In this document: piece by piece, positions 53,902 through 63,600 of the stretch | Numbering within the stretch: the stretch's first letter is position 1 | How the letters are laid out: each line of letters starts with the position of its first letter | Made by a program: the position numbers and the translations under genes | Origin: Terracidiphilus sp. | GTDB taxonomy: Bacteria; Acidobacteriota; Terriglobia; Terriglobales; Acidobacteriaceae | DNA length: 64,000 nt | Assembly: GCA_049515995.1 (NCBI GenBank) | Contig: JBEKTO010000004.1 | Coordinates: forward strand, 30,042 to 94,041 | Direction: 5' to 3' | The notes under the pieces: generated by a model | The model's input: the letters and a program-made list of their open reading frames with translations, nothing else | What the model was told of the DNA's origin: nothing | The model's database searches: none

Positions 53902-56900
53902 GTGCATCCTGTTGAGTCCTATCTCGTCAAACTGGCGGAAATTCGCGCGTCCGGTCATGCCACCGATGAAACGTCCTTCTATCCGGCGGTTGAGGGGCTG
54001 CTCTCGGAAATCGGCAAACGGCTCAAGCCGCGCGTCTCGCCTGTCCTGCAATTGAAGAATCGTGGCGCTGGCCTGCCAGACGGCGGCCTCTTCACACAGG
54101 ATCAACTCAAAAAGAACGCCGTGCCCGACGACTTCACCGTACAGCCGCCGAATCGCGGCGTGGTAGAGGTGAAGGGCCTCGCGGAAGAGACCGGTAAGAC
54201 TGCCCAATCCGAGCAGGTGAAGAAGTATCTGCGCGCCTACGGGCAAGTCCTGCTGACCAATTACCGGGAGTTTCGCGTGGTGGTGATGGGCAAGGACGAT
54301 AAGCCGCGCACCCTGGAGACCTTCACTCTGGCAAAGAGCGAAGCCGCATTCTGGGCGCTGGCTGCGCATCCGCACAAGACAGAAGGCGAAGTCGGCAAGA
54401 TGCTGGAGGAGTTTCTCACCCGCGCCCTGCTCAGTGCCGTGCCCATCACTTCGCCGGACGTGCTGGCCAGCTTTCTGGCTTCCTATGCCCGTGAGGCGCT
54501 GGCTAAGATCGAGCCGCGCTCTTCGCTCAAGGAACTGGAAGACGTGCGCAAGGCGCTGGAAGAGGCGCTCGGCCTCAAGTTTGAAAGCGATCTGGCTACG
54601 GAAAAAGAGAACAAGAAAGGCCAGCATTTCTTCCGCAGTACGCTGGTGCAAACGCTCTTCTATGGCCTGTTCTCCGCATGGGTGCTCTGGAGCCGTGAAC
54701 CGGGCCGCCGCAAGGGAGACAGCTTCGAGTGGAAGTCCGCTGTCTGGTCTCTTCAGGTTCCCATGATTCGCGCCCTCTTCGAGCGCCTGGTAACGCCGTC
54801 GCACGTTCGCTCCCTGGGTTTGGAAGAACTGCTCTCGCTCACCGGCGAAGTGCTGAACCGCGTGGATACCGCAGCTTTCTTCCAGCGATTTGAAGAAGAC
54901 ACCGCTGTCCAATACTTCTATGAGCCGTTTCTGGAGGCTTTCGACCCGGAACTGCGCAAGCAGCTTGGCGTCTGGTACACGCCACGCGAGATTGTGCGCT
55001 ACATGGTGGAGCGCGTGGACACGGTTCTGCGCACGGAACTGGGATTGCCCTCTGGCCTTGCCGACCCCAACGTTTACGTTCTCGATCCCGCCTGCGGCAC
55101 GGGCGCGTATCTGGTGGAGGTGCTGGACCGCATCCATCGGACGCTGAAAGAAGAGCGCGGCGAAGATGCGCTCACGCCGCACCAGCTCAAACAGGCGGCC
55201 AAAGAGCGCGTCTTCGGATTCGAGATTCTGCCCGCGCCTTACGTCATCGCGCACCTCCAGATTGGAATGTACCTGCAACGGGAGAAGGCACCGCTCCTTG
55301 AAGAACAGACCGGCAAGCGGGAGCGGGCTGGCGTGTATCTGACCAATGCGCTCACCGGTTGGGAGCCGCCTGACAAGCAAAAGGCGCAACTGCCCTTCGA
55401 GGAGTTTGAAGAGGAACGCGAGGAGGCCGATACCGTCAAGCGCGACAAGCCCATCCTGGTGGTGCTGGGCAATCCGCCGTACAACGCCTTCGCCGGAGTC
55501 AGTCCCACGGAAGAAGACGGGCTGGTAGAGCCCTACAAAGAGGGACTTATCACGGAATGGGGCATCAAGAAGTTCAATCTCGATGACCTCTATATCCGTT
55601 TCTTCCGTCTGGCCGAAAGGCGCATCGCGGAGAAGAGCCATCGCGGCGTGGTCTGCTTCATCTCCAATTTTTCCTATCTCAGCGAGCCATCTTATGTGGT
55701 CATGCGCAAGCGGCTTCTCAATGGCTTCGATGCGCTTTGGTTTGACTGTTTGAATGGCGATAGCCGGGAGACGGGAAAGCTGACGCCAGAGGGCAAACCA
55801 GACCCCAGTGTCTTTTCTACGGAGAGCAACCGCGAAGGAATTCGCGTGGGAACCGCCATCGGCCTGATGATTCGCCGGAATAAGGCGAAGGGCGATTCTT
55901 CTGTGCATTATCGCGAGCTTTGGGGAACGCGCAAACGCGAAGAGCTTGTCGAGAGCTTGGAAGATACTGCGCTCGAAGGCCGATACGCGAACGCCGCGCC
56001 GACTCATGCCAATCGTTTCTCTTTTCAGCCCCAAGAGGTGAGCGCCGCATACAGCGAATGGCTAAAGATCACTGAGCTATGCGCGGAATCTCCCAGCAAC
56101 GGCCTGATGGAAAAGCGCGGGGGTGCGCTGATTGACATCGACCGCGAAAAGCTGGAAGAGCGGATGCGCCTCTACCATGACAAGAGCCTGGACTGGGATG
56201 CCTACCGGCTGGCATCGTCCACCCTCACCGGCGATTGGTCAGGGTTCGATGCGCGCAAGTTGCGTGCGCGGGCGCTGGACGCGGGATTCCAGATCAGCCA
56301 GATTGTCCGCTATGCTGTGCGCCCTTTCGATACGCGCTGGTGTTATTTCTCAGACATTCCGTCAATCTGGAATCGGTCGCGCCCTGCTCTGTGGGCGCAG
56401 TGCTTTGAGGGGAATTCGTTCCTGCTGACGCGGATGCGTTGTACGGCATCTCCAGAGGGTTTCCCTATCAGTTTCAGCAAGTGCCTTTCGGATGACCATT
56501 ACATTATCCCCGATGCTGTAGCCGTCCCGTTTCTTTTGCAGCATCCGGCCACCAGCATGTTTGCCAGTGAGCAGACTGACGGCAACCTCTCCCAATTGGC
56601 CAGCGATTACCTGCGCAGTCTGAAACTGGGTAACAGCCCGGCGAGCGCCGCGTCCCTTTGGCTGCACACGCTCGCCATCGGCCACAGCCCCGCCTATCTG
56701 GAAGAGAACGCCGACGGCATCCGGCAGGATTGGCCGCGCATTCCGCTGCCGTCTTCGTTGGACCAGTTCAACGCATCGGCGGCGCTGGGGCAGGGTGTGG
56801 CGGATTTGCTGGACACGGAAAACCCTGTAGCGGGCGTGACGGCGGGCGCGCTGCGGCCCGAGTTGCGCTCTGTTGCCGGACTGAAGCGCATGGACGGCAA

Positions 56901-57378
56901 GCCGCTGAACGCAGAAGAAGATTTGCAACTCACGGCAGGCTGGGGACACGCCGGAAAAGAAGGCGTGACCATGCCGGGACGCGGCAAGCTGGTAAGCCGT
57001 GAGCGGACGGCGAAGGAACTCGCCGATCTGGCGCAAGGGCTGGCGGCGCTGGGCATCGAGCAGGATGAAGGCTTGGCGCGTCTGGGCAGTACGGTGGTGG
57101 ATGTGTACTTGAACGACCTCTGCGCATGGACGAACGTGCCGGAAATGGTATGGGAAATCTACATCGGCGGCTATCAGGTGATGAAGAAATGGCTCAGTTA
57201 CCGGGAGTACAGCTTTCTGAAACGACCGCTGGCGTTGGCCGAAGCCGAAGAGGTGCAGGCAATGGCAAGGCGGCTTACCGCCCTCTGTCTTCTCCAGCCG
57301 GAACTCGACGCGAATTACCTCAAAGTGAAGAGCGCATCCTGGCAGGGGCAGCCCGCTCTTCAATCTGCTCAATCGTAG
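53902..57378 (+). CDS. Single-chain restriction-modification enzyme (N6-adenine MTase + type ISP-like specificity domain), no helicase
   Basis: PDG...VEVK nuclease-like N-terminus; GVWYTP, VLDPACGTGAYL, GNPPY; RYAVRPFD, WPRIP, GYQVMKKWL.YR. Confidence 0.85.
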   Translation: MHPVESYLVKLAEIRASGHATDETSFYPAVEGLLSEIGKRLKPRVSPVLQLKNRGAGLPDGGLFTQDQLKKNAVPDDFTVQPPNRGVVEVKGLAEETGKTAQSEQVKKYLRAYGQVLLTNYREFRVVVMGKDDKPRTLETFTLAKSEAAFWALAAHPHKTEGEVGKMLEEFLTRALLSAVPITSPDVLASFLASYAREALAKIEPRSSLKELEDVRKALEEALGLKFESDLATEKENKKGQHFFRSTLVQTLFYGLFSAWVLWSREPGRRKGDSFEWKSAVWSLQVPMIRALFERLVTPSHVRSLGLEELLSLTGEVLNRVDTAAFFQRFEEDTAVQYFYEPFLEAFDPELRKQLGVWYTPREIVRYMVERVDTVLRTELGLPSGLADPNVYVLDPACGTGAYLVEVLDRIHRTLKEERGEDALTPHQLKQAAKERVFGFEILPAPYVIAHLQIGMYLQREKAPLLEEQTGKRERAGVYLTNALTGWEPPDKQKAQLPFEEFEEEREEADTVKRDKPILVVLGNPPYNAFAGVSPTEEDGLVEPYKEGLITEWGIKKFNLDDLYIRFFRLAERRIAEKSHRGVVCFISNFSYLSEPSYVVMRKRLLNGFDALWFDCLNGDSRETGKLTPEGKPDPSVFSTESNREGIRVGTAIGLMIRRNKAKGDSSVHYRELWGTRKREELVESLEDTALEGRYANAAPTHANRFSFQPQEVSAAYSEWLKITELCAESPSNGLMEKRGGALIDIDREKLEERMRLYHDKSLDWDAYRLASSTLTGDWSGFDARKLRARALDAGFQISQIVRYAVRPFDTRWCYFSDIPSIWNRSRPALWAQCFEGNSFLLTRMRCTASPEGFPISFSKCLSDDHYIIPDAVAVPFLLQHPATSMFASEQTDGNLSQLASDYLRSLKLGNSPASAASLWLHTLAIGHSPAYLEENADGIRQDWPRIPLPSSLDQFNASAALGQGVADLLDTENPVAGVTAGALRPELRSVAGLKRMDGKPLNAEEDLQLTAGWGHAGKEGVTMPGRGKLVSRERTAKELADLAQGLAALGIEQDEGLARLGSTVVDVYLNDLCAWTNVPEMVWEIYIGGYQVMKKWLSYREYSFLKRPLALAEAEEVQAMARRLTALCLLQPELDANYLKVKSASWQGQPALQSAQS

Positions 57379-57408
57379 GCTTCCGAAAGAGCGGATGAAC
57401 TGCCCGCC

Positions 57409-57936
57409 CTAGTTTGCTGGTGGCTGCCCATCCGGGGCCGCGTTCTTGACCATCTGCGGCGCATCCGTTCCGGGGGTAGCAGACAGATGCCGGGCCACTG
57501 GAGCCGCGCCCGGCTTTGCGCGATGGCCGCGCCTCCGCTTCACAGGAACAGGCTGCGGCGGCACTCCAGGCACGCTCACAGCCGCTGGGGGCGTTGCGGG
57601 CGGGGTAGCGGGATGGGGAGAGAATAGAGCAGTGAGAAACAGCACAAGCAACCCACCAGCAATGAATGCCACTGTCAGGGCCGGGCCATTTCCCGCGCGT
57701 TGCTGCGAAGGCGCGCCGGAGGCGGGAGCCGCATCCCCGCCAGCCGTCGTGCCCTTACCCGCGTATGTCCGGCTGTAAAGGCCCGTACCGGGGATGGAAG
57801 CCGCCGCGTACGATCTGCCCTTTGCATCGGTGCCGACCCGAAAGCCGCGCACACCGATGGAAGTTCCTATGCCGGACTTGGACAGGTTCAACCTGAGTGG
57901 TCCAAGTTTGATGCTTTTACGAAATCGCCATGCCAT
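57409..57936 (-). CDS. DUF4236 domain membrane protein
   Basis: MAWRFRKSIKLGPLRLNLSKSGIGTSIG...SIPGTGLYS, TM helix, Pro/Ala tail. Confidence 0.8.
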   Translation of the reverse strand: MAWRFRKSIKLGPLRLNLSKSGIGTSIGVRGFRVGTDAKGRSYAAASIPGTGLYSRTYAGKGTTAGGDAAPASGAPSQQRAGNGPALTVAFIAGGLLVLFLTALFSPHPATPPATPPAAVSVPGVPPQPVPVKRRRGHRAKPGAAPVARHLSATPGTDAPQMVKNAAPDGQPPAN

Positions 57937-58070
57937 GTCCCCGCAATTCTACCCCCACCAGCACGCCGCCATTGGCTCTAAGTCGTTTCCAGAGTAATCG
58001 GGCGAACTTTCTAATCCTGGACATATCCCGCCTTTTGCTTTGAGCCGGTTGTGCAGCGAAATTTGCGCGT

Positions 58071-58092
58071 GGGGGCCAATATGGGGGCCAAT
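58071..58092 (+). repeat. 12-bp direct repeat GGGGGCCAAT(AT) x2 abutting the integrase 2 start
   Basis: Copies at 58071 and 58083; related GGGGACAAAAT-GGGGCCGAT at 59650-59669. Confidence 0.6.
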
Positions 58093-59284
58093 GGAGGTAG
58101 TGAACCTCACAGACAAACAACTCGCCTCGCTGAAACCGAAACAGGCCCGCTATTCGGTCCATGACGGGAGCGGCCTCTATGTGGAGGTCTGGCCCAGCGG
58201 TGTGAAGAGTTGGAGGGTCCGCTATTTGCAGAATGGGCACCGCCGCCGAATCAATCTAGGGCGCTATCCCGGTTTGAGTTTGGCCGGCGCACGGGGCAAG
58301 CGAAATGAACTGACAGAGGTAATCCGTGCTGGTAGCTCTCCGGCGGAGGAGCGGCGAAAGCAGAAACAGGAAATGCTGCGCGATCTCACGGTGAAGGATT
58401 TTGGCGAGCGGTATCTGCGCGAAGTAGTGATGCAGGCGCGCAAGGATGCTGCTCCCATGCGCCGGTATCTGGAGCGGAACGTGTACCCGGTCATCGGTGG
58501 AATGGCGGTTTCCATGGTGCACACAGAGCATGTGCGCGACCTCGTGTTTGCAATTCGGGATGCCGGACACGGGCAAGCGGCGGTAGCGGTCCGCAACCTG
58601 CTGAAACGGGTCTGGGATTATGCGCTTGCGTGTGGGATGGTAGCGGACAATCCGGCCCGTGCAACGCCGGTCAAGTTCATTTCGATTGCGAAGGCCCGGA
58701 ACAGAGCCTTGAATGAGACTGAGACCGGTATGTTTCTCCGCAGATTGGACGCCGCTTCGCTGCGGCCTCTGCTGCAAACCGCTCTGCGGCTGCTTCTGTT
58801 GACGCTCACCCGAAAATCGGAGGTACGCCTGGCACGCTGGGAACACATCGACTTTGAGCGCGGGGAGTGGGAGATTCCACCAGAGCATTCAAAGACCGGC
58901 ACAGGGCAGATAGTGTATTTGTCGCGTCAAGCATCGGCGTTGCTGGAGCGATTGCGGCCATCGGCGGAGCGTGTGGGCTATTTGTTCCCTGCATTGGGCA
59001 GCGATGGCAGTTCACCGATTGGGCGAAGCACGCTCAACCGCGCCTTGGAACGCGCACAACGCGGCATGGCGCATTTCACTGTGCATGATCTGCGGCGGAC
59101 TGGTGCCACCCGGTTAAGCGAGATGGGATACAACCCGGATTGGATTGAGAAGGCCCTGAACCATAAACTGCGCGGTGTGCGTGGAATCTACAACCGGGCC
59201 GAATACGGACCCCAACGCCGCAAGATGCTCCAAGAATGGGCAGACAGCCTGGACTCTTTGCAGCATACCGCTAAGGCAGCCTAG
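58091..59284 (+). CDS. P4-family tyrosine integrase 2
   Basis: DGSGLYVEV...VKSWRVRY...LGRYP.LSLA.AR; R (RKSEV), HDLRRT, ALNH, IYN all intact. Confidence 0.93.
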   Translation: MEVVNLTDKQLASLKPKQARYSVHDGSGLYVEVWPSGVKSWRVRYLQNGHRRRINLGRYPGLSLAGARGKRNELTEVIRAGSSPAEERRKQKQEMLRDLTVKDFGERYLREVVMQARKDAAPMRRYLERNVYPVIGGMAVSMVHTEHVRDLVFAIRDAGHGQAAVAVRNLLKRVWDYALACGMVADNPARATPVKFISIAKARNRALNETETGMFLRRLDAASLRPLLQTALRLLLLTLTRKSEVRLARWEHIDFERGEWEIPPEHSKTGTGQIVYLSRQASALLERLRPSAERVGYLFPALGSDGSSPIGRSTLNRALERAQRGMAHFTVHDLRRTGATRLSEMGYNPDWIEKALNHKLRGVRGIYNRAEYGPQRRKMLQEWADSLDSLQHTAKAA

Positions 59285-59347
59285 ACGGGCCGGGTTCGCG
59301 GGCGCTGTAGCAAAGGAAAAAGGGGTCTCAGTGTCGCCAGAGCGAGC

Positions 59348-59535
59348 GGGTCCTTCCCCGTCTGTGCGCGCTACGGGTGACGCGCCACCCCACCTCCGCC
59401 CTAGCGCCAGAGATTTTTGACCCGAGTTCCGTTTCCGCATTTCTTTGTTTCATTTTCCGATCATGTACTTGATTTCTTGGCGCTTGTGCGAAAAGTGGAG
59501 TCGGAACATACGGAACTGACAGCCCCTTTTCCGTT
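59348..59535 (+). other. Candidate lambda-like cos packaging site
   Basis: GGGTCCT, TACGGGTG-N6-CACCC dyad, AGTTCCGT/ACGGAACT inverted pair with an IHF-like site between them, third TTTCCGTT. Confidence 0.5.
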
Positions 59536-59691
59536 TACGGGAGACAGATTATCGCCGGTTCCTCGCTAGTGTGCCTCTAGCGCCGAAGAATTGGCGGCTT
59601 TCACAGCCCCAAAGGCGTGCCGTGCGAGAATTCTGGTAGAAGTGGGCACGGGGACAAAATGGGGCCGATTCACCCCTAGCGCAGCTTTGGC

Positions 59692-59779
59692 GGGGGTACT
59701 TTTGGGGGTATTCCTTGGAGGTTCATTTTCAAGCTGCTGAAAATGCGTAGTTTATGGCATGATTCGAGTCCCTCACTGC
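59692..59779 (+). promoter_or_regulatory. attR arm repeats and core
   Basis: GGGGGTACTTTT-GGGGGTATT (59692-59712); CATTTTCA/TGAAAATG dyad (59724-59745); core 59763-59779. Confidence 0.8.
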
Positions 59780-59809
59780 GCCGGGGTGGCAGTAGAAGTT
59801 TGACATTTG

Positions 59810-59838
59810 CGGGAGTCGTCCCCGTTTTGTTTTTTTTT
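59810..59838 (+). terminator. Short hairpin with long U tract downstream of attR
   Basis: CGGGA-GTCG-TCCCCG followed by TTTTGTTTTTTTTT. Confidence 0.5.
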
Positions 59839-59884
59839 ACCTTCTTCCGGCAAACACGTTGGATGGGCGCGGAGCATGAGCGCC

Positions 59885-59970
59885 GTCCCTACGGGACTCC
59901 GGCTGAATGGTTGGTTTCGCCAACCCCACGCTGAAGCGCGGGGCTAACAACCACTGCGCCTACGGCGCGG
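59885..59970 (+). repeat. Composite REP-like element
   Basis: GTCCC-TAC-GGGAC, CCCCACGCTGAAGCGCGGGG and CCACTGCGCCTACGGCGCG. Confidence 0.6.
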
Positions 59971-60160
59971 TCGACTGGCTGCTGCCGACGCCCTGGCCAA
60001 GTCGCAGTGCGTCGTACCTACGGCGCGGGCGACGGGCTACTGCTGACGCCCTGGCCAAGTCGCAGTGCGTCGTACCTACAGCGCGGGCGACGGGCTGCTG
60101 CTGACGCCCTGGCCAAGTCGCAGTGCGTCGTACCTACAGCGCGGGCGACGGGCTGCTGCC
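59959..60160 (+). repeat. 58-bp tandem repeat, about 3.5 copies
   Basis: Unit GACGCCCTGGCCAAGTCGCAGTGCGTCGTACCTAC(G/A)GCGCGGGCGACGGGCT(A/G)CTGC(T/C) at 59987, 60045, 60103. Confidence 0.92.
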
Positions 60161-60675
60161 GGTAAGGAGCGCTTCTACACAGGCCCCTTTGAGGGGTCAC
60201 CCATCCTAAAGCCCCCGGCTCTGCCGAGGGATATTTACAGCTTTTATATAGCAGTGCAAAACTGTTGGTTCGCAGCGCCCTAACGACTGCGCACACGATC
60301 GAGCTGTCTTGCGCGAACCCTTCTCGAAGGCTGCCGCGAAACCGCCAGAATCTTCTCGAACAAGGCAATAAATTGCCCACGCGGAATGTCCCTAAATTTC
60401 ATTTGACAGTTTCGCCCGGCTGTAGCAGACTTCTCATTCGTCAGGGGATTCTCTTCCTCAAAGCACGTGTTTCGTACGGCAATTTGTTCAGTCGATAACC
60501 CCTGCCTCCGAAATCTCTTTCCCCTCGTCCTTCTTGGACCTTGTTGCTATCGATACCACTCGACCGCACGATTGTTGAGGTTGCGCGGCTTTGCTCCTGG
60601 TCCTTGTCTGAACTGCTGGTTGCCAGAATTTCACGATTGCCCGGTTCTCACCTGAAAGCGGTCGAGGAGGTTCCC

Positions 60676-63600
60676 ATGGCCATGCTTCAACGCCTGAGTG
60701 CGGACGCAATCGCATCCGAGCTATCCAAGCTTCCGTTGCTGACCGCTCCTGCGCCATCCACTCTGGACGCGGTGCGTATCGCGATCGCGCGAGCCATCGC
60801 TTCAGGACAAAGCGCCGATCAGCTTTCGACAGAGCTCGGGCTCCCAGCCGGCTGGCAGGGAACCGATCTTTCGCTGCCGCCCGCAGCCGGCTCATCCGGG
60901 CCAAACGCCGCTGTTTCAGCGCCCCAGAATGCTGTTCCGGACTGGATCGGCAAGATCGTTCCGCTTGCGCTGGCCAAGGCGACGCTCACGCGGATTGCTG
61001 TTCTCGACCGCGAGCCGACCGCTCTGGGCGGGCTTGAAGGGCCGGCGTGGGCGCGCGCATTGCAGCCATCCGCCACCTACGGACCGGTCACGGTCGCGAG
61101 CGCAAGCCTGCAGATCGATGTCTCAAAGTGGATTCATGTTTATCACTTCTCCGAGACGGTCGAGTTTATGCGCGCCGGTTCCGTGTTGTGCGTGCTGCCG
61201 CTGTCGGGCCTTCATTTCGGCTCGTCGACGCAGGCGAGTATTGCCTCCGGCTCGGCGTGGATTGCGGTCAATCCCTTCGATGCGAGCGCGCCGGCCGGCA
61301 GCTTTGCCGGAATCGCGGTTCAGTCAGGCGCCCTTGCATGCGACCAGCCGATTTCACTCGCTTCCGCCGTGGTCGATGTTCCGGCGGGCGCCACGATCAG
61401 CGTTACGCTCACTCCGGCGCCGCAGCCGGCGGGAGCGGCAGCTTCTCCGGTCACGGCGACCGGGCCGGGCACGATTCTGGCCGTTTTTCCTCCCACCGGC
61501 ACGCCGTCGATCGTCTACGACCTCTGCTCGGCCACTCTCTGCGGCGATTCCATCCAGGTCGAAGGATCGATCGATGTCGCGGGCTCGAATCAGCCCGCCG
61601 CATACAACGCCGATCTTCAGATGCTCTATCTGCCCGGATACGCGCTGGCGGCGGAGTTCACGCCGGCTTTATCTCCCGGCAGCGTCATGAGCCTGGGCGG
61701 CGCGGCCCCCTTGCAAAGCGCGGGATGGGCTTTGGCCGTGAGCGAGTCCGCCACGCCGGCCACTCTGGGCGCGGCCGATGTTCCCGGCTACTTTGCCATG
61801 GTCTTCGGCGCCGGTCTTACCTGCCAATGGACCGGACTCAGTCATCCGGAAACCGCGGCCGGGGGATTCCTGCTGGCGCAAAACGGTCAACTGGTTCTTT
61901 CCGCGCTTTCCGGCTCCGCTCCGGGCGTGTGGGTCAAGCAGCGGTTTCAACTCTGGCAGGACCAGGATTCCACCAACAAGCGGCGCTGCCAGTTGGTTGC
62001 GGGACGCAATGCCGGCCAGACGCTCCTCTATGCCCTGGCGGGAAACGAAGAGATTCTTGAGTTGGGCGCCGTGCTGGAGGCTCTCGTCGACCGGCCGGTG
62101 CTGGCGAGCGGGGCGCGTGTTCCCGCCATTTTTGTCGAGGGAATCGTCGGCCTGATCCGCAATCATTCCAACTACCGGCTGCTGGCATATTCCAATGCAC
62201 CCCTTCCCGAGACAACCGGCGCGAATCAAACTCCGACCATCTACCCTCTAGCTCTGGACAATGCTCTTCTCGAGGTCGGCGAGCCGCTGGCGCTGCTGAT
62301 GGAGGCCCGGACGGATGCGCAATTCAACGCCAGCGAAGGCTTGCTCCTGCTGCTCTTCGAGTATCTGCTGGCGGAACTCTATCTGCCCGATCCCTACACC
62401 GGCAGTCTGGCCGCGGCAGCCGTGGACCGGTCTCCGGTGAACTTCAATTCGTCCGCGTCCGGCGGAAGCGTCCTTGCCGGTTTCCTGCTGGCGGAGGTGG
62501 TCTGGACGGCGCCGGACAAGGTCGCGCTGCGCCTGATGGACCTGGAGCATCCGCATCCCGCCCTTCCGCCCGGAGCCGAGGCCGGTTCCACCGCCGTTCC
62601 GCCGCTCGAATATCAGCCTTTGACGCCACTCCACCTGGAAACGGCCGCGCCGGGCACCGGGGCTGCGCCGGCAAAGGCAAAGATTGCAGACGAATCGGTC
62701 GCGCCCAAGCAACCTCCGGAGCCGTTGCCCGCCCCTGCCGCCGGAGCCATCCTGCTCGATCTCTCGACGCGCGCCAGCCAGCTAGGCGTCGAGGTCGAGA
62801 CCGGGGAGCGGCAGGATCGGGAGTACACCATCGACGGCCTGTCGGTGCGCGGGCCGGCCTCTCTGCTTCCGTTGACCACGCTGCCGGCCATTGCGTGGGA
62901 ACCGATGTACAACATGTCGACCGACCCCAGGGTCAATCTCGGCGTCGATAACAACGTCCTTTTGCATCCGCCGGGAGACGGCCCGTTCTCCCAGGTCCGT
63001 GCCACCTCGGCGACCCTGATTCCCATCTCGCCGTTGCAGTCGTTGCAGGCGGTTCTGGATGCCGGAACCGGCAAATTCAACGCGCAACTGACGCTGCCCT
63101 TCGGCATGGTGGGCGTGCTCTCCGAGACCACGGAAAACGGCACGATCCTCCCCGAGCTGACCCTCGTCCAGCCGAGTTTCGCGGCAGCCTCCACGCCTTC
63201 CGGAGCCATCTACACGGGCGCCTGGCAGCTCAGCTTCGCGGCGCCCGACCCCACCCAGCCCGATCCCGTACTGGCCGGACGGACCTATCTCCGGACTCCG
63301 GCCGACAACCCGCCGAGTGGCCTTTCCTATGGAGAAATGGTCCTGGGCACCGACGTTCAGAGCATCTTCAGCAGCGAATTCGACCCTCCCGCCGGCAGCA
63401 ACGTGGGCACCGGCGTTCCTTTGCGCCGCTATGACCTGACGGGATACGGCGCGAGCACCTTCAGCGAGTGGACCGACACCAGTCAGGCCACCACCGGCGT
63501 CATCAAAGCCTATTTCCATGTTTTGGTGGGGCGCACCAGTCATGAAGTCATCCAGGTGCAGAGCCTCGTCTATCCGTGGGCCATCAAGGTAATCCGGACC

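Noticed and set aside
57931-57970. Apparent inverted similarity to 59613-59656 (GGCGTGC..GGTAGAA..CGGGGACA)
   Set aside because: Three short words match but their spacings differ, so this is not a credible terminal inverted repeat
58003-58018. ACTTTCTAATCC resembling a tRNA-Arg(TCT) anticodon loop as a second att core
   Set aside because: No second copy found in the window; the match is too short to support
59959-60160. Possible CRISPR array
   Set aside because: Units are near-identical over the full 58 bp with no unique spacers, and there are no cas genes in the window
60488-60904. 138-aa minus-strand ORF and other short ORFs from 60.9 to 63.9 kb
   Set aside because: Antisense or off-frame to the long plus-strand ORF starting at 60676, which has an SD and consistent codon usage
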